Source of the DNA: Candidatus Thorarchaeota archaeon
GTDB lineage: Archaea; Asgardarchaeota; Thorarchaeia; Thorarchaeales; Thorarchaeaceae
Reading direction: 5' to 3'
Length of the DNA stretch: 64,000 bases
Assembly (NCBI GenBank): GCA_046758445.1
Contig: JBHIAE010000013.1
Coordinates: 1-64,000, forward strand
This document shows, one piece after another, positions 58,707 through 64,000 of the stretch. The notes below the pieces were generated by a model. It saw only the letters and a list, made by a program, of their open reading frames with translations, did no database searches and was not told the DNA's origin. The translations under genes were made by a program, and so were the position numbers. Numbering within the stretch: the first letter of the stretch is position 1; every line of letters starts with the position of its first letter.

Positions 58707-59219
58707 ATGACTGATGAAGGTAAGAAAGAGCTTGTTGAGAACCTTCAGGCAGAGCGTGCTAGGATTGAGGCCATGTTGGCTGAATTGACTGAAGAGCAAA
58801 TGGAGATACCAGGCGTACAGCATGACTGGTCTGTGAAGGATATCATAGCGCACATCACAACTTGGGAGCGCAGAGGGACAGGATGGATAAAATCAATGGT
58901 CGATGGAGAAGACCCACAAGTGTCATTCAAAGATCATGCTTGGGAAGAAATGGTGGCTGCACATGATCAACTCAACTTGGACATCTATCACCAAAACCGT
59001 GACAGACCGCTTCAAGATATTCTGTCAGAGTTCAATCAGTCCTTCCCGCTCTTAATGGACCAAGTGCGAAGTCTGACTGATGAAGACCTGGACAAGCAGT
59101 ACTCGTTTCGCTGGGCCAAGGACCATGTGAGTGGACGTCAAATCGTTGCTTGGCGCTTCTACCACTATCGTTTGCATGCCAAGCACATAGAAGCCTGGCT
59201 GGATTCTCTGAGGTGTTGA
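58707..59219 (+). CDS. DinB/ClbS-DfsB four-helix-bundle protein
   Basis: WSVKDIIAHITTWE, HYRLHAKHI. Confidence 0.85.
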   Translation: MTDEGKKELVENLQAERARIEAMLAELTEEQMEIPGVQHDWSVKDIIAHITTWERRGTGWIKSMVDGEDPQVSFKDHAWEEMVAAHDQLNLDIYHQNRDRPLQDILSEFNQSFPLLMDQVRSLTDEDLDKQYSFRWAKDHVSGRQIVAWRFYHYRLHAKHIEAWLDSLRC

Positions 59220-59240
59220 ATCTCCGGCAAGGCTACATCG

Positions 59241-59921
59241 TCAGTCGTCCCGCAACACCCGCCACGCTAGACATGTGCCAACAGTTTCGAGTGGATGCCA
59301 TTTCTCAGCAAACTTCTTGACCTGAGAGGGAGTCGGCATGTCCTCTAGGCCATAAAGCTTCATCATGCCCTTGCGAACACCCAGGTCTCCTGGAGAGAGA
59401 ACGTCTAGTCGGCCAAGAGAGAAGATCAGATACATCTGTACTGTCCACTCACCCACACCTTTGATGGCTGTGAAGAGCTGGACAATCTCAGCGCTGGACA
59501 GCTTCTTGAGTGCATCAAGACTGGTGTAGCTTCTGAGAGGACCTCCCTTGCCAAATGCTGCGGCAACATTATGGAGGTAAGAGGCCTTTTGCCTAGATAG
59601 ACCAACACTTCGAAGTTCTTCTTGTGAAACTGCTAGGACCGATTCTGACGTCAAGTCACCAACGAGTTCGATCATTCTATCATGGATTGTGCGAGCTGCC
59701 TTCCCTGACAACTGCTGGTAGACTATGGATCTCACGAGCATCTGGAATGGTGGTTCCTTGGAGGGTTCTAGCACCAGCTCCCTAGAGCTGATGGCATCTT
59801 TGAGTTCAGGGGCCTTCTTTGCGAATCTGGCGAGTACTCTTGCGGTGAAGACGTTTGGCATCAGCTCATCAGAGGAAGAACACTCTGAAGAATTGTACTG
59901 CTTACGCAAATACTCGACCAA
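59241..59921 (-). CDS. alkA: AlkA-like DNA-3-methyladenine glycosylase (HhH-GPD)
   Basis: IVYQQLS, GLSRQKA, IKGVGEWT, DLGVR. Confidence 0.9.
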   Translation of the reverse strand: MVEYLRKQYNSSECSSSDELMPNVFTARVLARFAKKAPELKDAISSRELVLEPSKEPPFQMLVRSIVYQQLSGKAARTIHDRMIELVGDLTSESVLAVSQEELRSVGLSRQKASYLHNVAAAFGKGGPLRSYTSLDALKKLSSAEIVQLFTAIKGVGEWTVQMYLIFSLGRLDVLSPGDLGVRKGMMKLYGLEDMPTPSQVKKFAEKWHPLETVGTCLAWRVLRDD

Positions 59922-59964
59922 GTGCCAGCGTGCCCAGGAACTGAGAACTCCTTGATTCGAGATC

Positions 59965-61554
59965 TCATGAAGTCATCTCTGTGTATGTACCACTCTCAAT
60001 GACATCATCGGGTAGACTCGGTGAGAATAGTTGAAGGCTACTGATGAGCCGATCTCTTTCAGATGGCATCACAACTAGAAATGATATCGTGCTATTGTAT
60101 GCCACGACGTTGTTCCTGATGGTCCAATGGCCCACTGGTTCCCATTCTTCCGGTATGAATCCGTCCAAGTAGATTGCTGCTATCTTGACACCATGTTCCG
60201 ATGCAATGCTTCTCAACGTGTCTGCACTCATTGAACCATTAAGAAGAGACTCTCCTATGTCCAGCGTAGCGAGGCCCCACTTGTCAACACATACTATGTC
60301 AGTGAGGTAATTGGCGTAGCCGATATCATTAAGCATGACGGCCTCACCATAGTAGAACTCATCCAGAAAGCGGGCCATCTCATAATGCTGATCGTGGATG
60401 TTTGTAGATGCGATTGGAGTCCAATACATCCACAGAGCGCCCCGCGCTGCCAGTGGTGTCACGAACAGAACAATCAGAGCGAGTCCGTACAATCGGTTCT
60501 TGTTCCCGCCAAGGTCTATTTGAGGTGCTCTTAGTGAATCGAGGGTCAGCTTGGAAAAGAACCTGTGACCTTGGATTGACAGTGTGAGTATGCCAAGCGC
60601 GACCAGGTACGCCTCATACCTGAAGAACCATCCAATCTTGCCCAGTTGTAGGTGCAATATACATGCCGAGATGAACACCCACTTCATCACAGTACCAGTC
60701 GTCCAAGGTTCTTGAGCTTGCTCAGCAGTTAGCTTGATTGATGCCATGAGAAGCACAAGCAGATGTGGTGAGACTATCAAAGAGCCTATGCCTCGAACAA
60801 GAAACCAGACCAGACCTTGGGCAATGGCGTCAGCCCCCTTCACTACCAAAGAATTGGGAAGAGGCAGCCAGCCGTTCAACATCGAAACAATGCCGTATAC
60901 AGCCCAGGGCAAAGCTGCCATGCCGAGAACAGCAATTGCGAAGCCCCATCTCCTCTTCACTAGGAATAGGATTGCTACTGGGATGACTAGGAACATGGAC
61001 TCAATGCGTGCAGCGGAAACGAAGAAGGTGACGACCATAAAGAGAGTTAACTGCTGGACGTTGCTCTCTTGCTCAGTGATGATCCTTGTTGAGAGCACTA
61101 TGAAGACAAGCGAGAAGACAGTGTGAAGAATGTGCTCCATTCCTGTGAAGACAAGGCCAGGAAGCGAGGTGAAGAAGACAAACGACACCAATACCGCCGT
61201 GATGTATCTTTCACTCATATCCAAGTTCCTGAGAATTGCATACATCGTCACAACAGCGGCCGTTGACAGCAGGACATTGAGAGCCAAAGGGACCATATCG
61301 TTCACGCCAACTAGAGCAAATCCTGCACAGATTATCAGATTCCAAAGAGGAGAGGACGAACTTGAGCTAAACTCATGCCGGGTCACTCCGAACACAGAGA
61401 ACTCATTCAGGTTCCGGGAGATGGCCATGTGAATGTAGATATCGTCAATAGTGTAGACCATCTGACCAGAATTCATGGTCAAGATTGCGACAAGTAGCAC
61501 AATGAGGGAAAGCCACAAGCATGAAAGCGCAATCAGTAATGATTGATGTTTCAC
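59965..61554 (-). CDS. GT-C fold membrane glycosyltransferase-like protein
   Basis: DDIYIH after the first TM, SSPLW, GME, RIE, RY; about 11 TMs. Confidence 0.7.
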   Translation of the reverse strand: MKHQSLLIALSCLWLSLIVLLVAILTMNSGQMVYTIDDIYIHMAISRNLNEFSVFGVTRHEFSSSSSSPLWNLIICAGFALVGVNDMVPLALNVLLSTAAVVTMYAILRNLDMSERYITAVLVSFVFFTSLPGLVFTGMEHILHTVFSLVFIVLSTRIITEQESNVQQLTLFMVVTFFVSAARIESMFLVIPVAILFLVKRRWGFAIAVLGMAALPWAVYGIVSMLNGWLPLPNSLVVKGADAIAQGLVWFLVRGIGSLIVSPHLLVLLMASIKLTAEQAQEPWTTGTVMKWVFISACILHLQLGKIGWFFRYEAYLVALGILTLSIQGHRFFSKLTLDSLRAPQIDLGGNKNRLYGLALIVLFVTPLAARGALWMYWTPIASTNIHDQHYEMARFLDEFYYGEAVMLNDIGYANYLTDIVCVDKWGLATLDIGESLLNGSMSADTLRSIASEHGVKIAAIYLDGFIPEEWEPVGHWTIRNNVVAYNSTISFLVVMPSERDRLISSLQLFSPSLPDDVIESGTYTEMTS

Positions 61555-61714
61555 CCCCGTTTCACTCTCCTCGTGTTGTTCTCTCCGGGTGTCCAGCCGT
61601 TCAGGATAGGCTGTTTCGCGAATGCCTAGAATACTATGAACAAGCCGCTTTATTATTTTGACTCAAGCAGGCTGAATCCACATGGTGGTTCTCAGAGGTT
61701 ACGGGTTCTAACCA

Positions 61715-62170
61715 CTAGAATTCCAGCCGATTGCGTTCAAGACCGGTCGGTGAGATCTTGGTCAGAGTGCCCTCTTTGGGACTAAAGACCATGATGACCC
61801 GGGTGTCTTTGGATAACACTTCCAGGTATGGAAATCTTTCCTCTAGTCTATTCCAATAATCATTGAACTCAGGAGACTCGCTGGTGTATACCACTCCCGA
61901 GGCCAGGATTTGCAGGACCCTGAAAGTATCCGCTTTCTTGGGGGCCAATACATCATGAATCTCATAATGCACCCACGGATTCTCTCTGAGATTCTGCACT
62001 GCAACGTGATCTTGTGAAATCTCAACGAAGACTAGCCAGTCTTCTGACGCATATTCATGGGGCGTAGCGTTGGGAATGCCATCCTTCGACGCAGTGGCCA
62101 TAGTCAAGGTCACATGGCTTCTTAGGAAAGCTAGCGCATCAGTCATGACTCGAGAGATGTCTTCAGTCAT
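61715..62170 (-). CDS. Pyridoxamine 5'-phosphate oxidase-like split-barrel flavoprotein
   Basis: LTMATASKDGIP, NLRENPWV; likely start ATG 62170. Confidence 0.75.
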   Translation of the reverse strand: MTEDISRVMTDALAFLRSHVTLTMATASKDGIPNATPHEYASEDWLVFVEISQDHVAVQNLRENPWVHYEIHDVLAPKKADTFRVLQILASGVVYTSESPEFNDYWNRLEERFPYLEVLSKDTRVIMVFSPKEGTLTKISPTGLERNRLEF

Positions 62171-62222
62171 AACTGCTGATTCGAGAATTCCGATTGAAAA
62201 AGCGTATGGTCGAAGTATTTGG

Positions 62223-62783
62223 TCACAAGACAGCTCCACAGTTCCTGCATCTCGGGCTGATGGCTGTGTTGTCGAACTCACAGTATGGACATTCAAGTAC
62301 GTCCCCAATCTTCTCGAATGCTCTTGCTGAAGAGCCATCCAGACCTTTGAGTTCAAAGACTTCATCAGATGTCGGATCATAGATGCGTATCATGTAGACT
62401 GGCCGATTATTGCTTCTGTGTGAAACAGTTGCTTCGAGAAACTGCCCTATCGGTTTCCCGGCGAAGTGTTCCAGCGGAATCTCCTTGTTGATTCGACCAC
62501 CCCTAACCTCAAGGATCCTCTCTGATGTCAGATAGTATCTGGTTCTTCTGGTGCGAACAAAAGACCCGAGAATGATAGATGCTCCAATCAAAGTGAGAAA
62601 GAGAAGCGGTGTAGCCACTGCCATTCCGAATTCGTCAAGCGCGACTAGTGAGAGTGCTGGCCCTCCCGCGAGGACTATGAAACCAACGAAGATGATCCAG
62701 AAGCCAGTCCCTGCCCTCCGGGTCCACACAATGTTCTCTCCTGGCCAGAGGCCCTCTTTAGGGGGGTCAAAACGATTTGTCAC
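62223..62783 (-). CDS. Membrane protein with bPH-like domain and C-terminal zinc ribbon
   Basis: GENIVW, two TMs, YYLTSERI, CPYC...CRNCG. Confidence 0.75.
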   Translation of the reverse strand: MTNRFDPPKEGLWPGENIVWTRRAGTGFWIIFVGFIVLAGGPALSLVALDEFGMAVATPLLFLTLIGASIILGSFVRTRRTRYYLTSERILEVRGGRINKEIPLEHFAGKPIGQFLEATVSHRSNNRPVYMIRIYDPTSDEVFELKGLDGSSARAFEKIGDVLECPYCEFDNTAISPRCRNCGAVL

Positions 62784-62961
62784 TGATTTCGCTCCTGACT
62801 GGGTAATTCTTGCACCTTGTTAGAACAGTGCAGCACACTCAATTTGAGTATTCTTCAGAGGAATAGAATGTTCTTCAGCAGGCTTTAATTGACCTTTGCA
62901 ATGCATTGCGAGTTCCTTCTTAGTCAGCTGTGGTTAAGAGAAGGATCGGAGATGAGGAAGA

Positions 62962-63179
62962 ATGACGGACTATCGTCAACTCATTCTTAGAATCGGGATA
63001 TTGCTGATAGCAGTTGCTGGAGTGTTCTGGGTTCTCCTATCATTCCGTATCATTCCTTTACCGTTCTCTGAAGAGGGTTTTCTAATCAACTCTTCACCTT
63101 TCTAATTCCAGGTATTGCAGGCTTTTGCTTACTCTTAATTGGTGCAGTGGTAAGGGAACGCAAAGAGGCTCAATGGTAG
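62962..63179 (+). CDS. Small two-TM protein split across a -1 frameshift
   Basis: Frame 0: MTDYRQ...SPF* (stop 63103-63105); the -1 frame continues SNQLFTFLIPGIAGFCLLLIGAVVRERKEAQW*. Confidence 0.5.
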
Positions 63180-63241
63180 TCAACGAAATCTAGACGCCCC
63201 AAACGACACGTTCAATAGGTATCCGATTCGCTGCATCTATC

Positions 63242-63928
63242 ATGAAGGTCTTAGCCATCAATGGGAGTCCACGAGCTGAGAGGGCAGCAACCTTAGGTGT
63301 TCTGGCCCCGTTCATGGAGGGGATGAAGGGTGCGGGCGCTGAAGTCGAGCTTATTCATGTCCAGAAGCTGAATCTCAGACCATGTCGAGGTTGCTTCAAC
63401 TGTTGGTGGGAAACACCTGGAACGTGTGTGCAAAACGACAAGATGAAAGACGTTCTGCCGAAACTAGCGGACGCTGACGTATGGGTCTTCGCGACGCCAG
63501 TCTACGTGGATGGAATGACTGGCACAATGAAGACCTTCATGGACAGAATGATTCCTCTTCTCGAAGGCCGCTGGGAGATAAGAGATGACCATTGTCGTCA
63601 TCCCCTGAGGGAAGGAACGAAGCCGGGCAAGATAGTTCTTCTCTCTGTAAGCGGATTCACAGAGCTGGACAACTTCGACCCGCTTGTGGATCATATGAAC
63701 GCAGCATCCAAGAACATGGGCAGGGAATTTGTTGGAGCTGTCCTTCGACCTTGTGCATGGGTCATCCCTCATCTGATGAAGAGGGGAATGTCTGTAGACG
63801 ATGTGGTTTCTGCTCTGAGAGATGCAGGCCAGCAGCTAGTCACGAGTGGGGAAATGTCAAACGAAACCCTAGACATCATCTCTAGAGAACTGGTTCCTCG
63901 TGAGCAGATTTTCGAGATGTACAGTTGA
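63242..63928 (+). CDS. Iron-sulfur flavoprotein / NADPH-dependent FMN reductase family
   Basis: INGSPR, CRGCFNCW...C, ATPVY, KTFMDR. Confidence 0.9.
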   Translation: MKVLAINGSPRAERAATLGVLAPFMEGMKGAGAEVELIHVQKLNLRPCRGCFNCWWETPGTCVQNDKMKDVLPKLADADVWVFATPVYVDGMTGTMKTFMDRMIPLLEGRWEIRDDHCRHPLREGTKPGKIVLLSVSGFTELDNFDPLVDHMNAASKNMGREFVGAVLRPCAWVIPHLMKRGMSVDDVVSALRDAGQQLVTSGEMSNETLDIISRELVPREQIFEMYS

Positions 63929-64000
63929 GGCCCGAGCGGGATCCGTAACAGGTTACATGGCTTTTCACCCTTCAATTCGCTTTTCGACTCAGTCCGGTTC

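Noticed and set aside
63929-63960. GCCCGAGCGGGATCCG resembling the reverse complement of a tRNA 3' arm
   Set aside because: No TTCGA T-loop and no cloverleaf can be built

Overview
This is a gene-dense archaeal window of roughly 49-50% GC (estimated by eye). It is most consistent with an Asgard archaeon, probably Thorarchaeia. That assignment is an inference from the proteasome alpha subunit, an archaeal DTD2 deacylase, a Rab-like GTPase fold, a longin/NPRL2-like protein, a eukaryote-type CIA2, a long TPR protein and a TAT-less reductive dehalogenase. It holds about 58 CDS. No rRNA, tRNA, CRISPR array or IS element could be supported. Most notable: (1) an operon of two membrane dCache receptors, one ending at its HAMP domain and one with a cytoplasmic TPR+VWA output, followed by arginine decarboxylase, with ligand pockets altered in a way that suggests amine rather than amino-acid binding; (2) a reductive dehalogenase plus PAS kinase divergent from an MtrH-RACo-corrinoid cassette that lacks a substrate methyltransferase; (3) a nucleotide-dead Rab-like protein next to an acidic polyproline protein; (4) a TusA-DsrE-IscS(Lys->Asp) sulfur relay and an IscU fused to a degenerate TrxR domain; (5) a TPR-nitrilase; (6) a 1303-aa TrmB with an 11/22-residue helical insert; (7) recoding oddities: CTG starts, an in-frame TGA and a G_GGT_TTT -1 slip site. 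All family calls come from motif recognition by eye, not from database searches.
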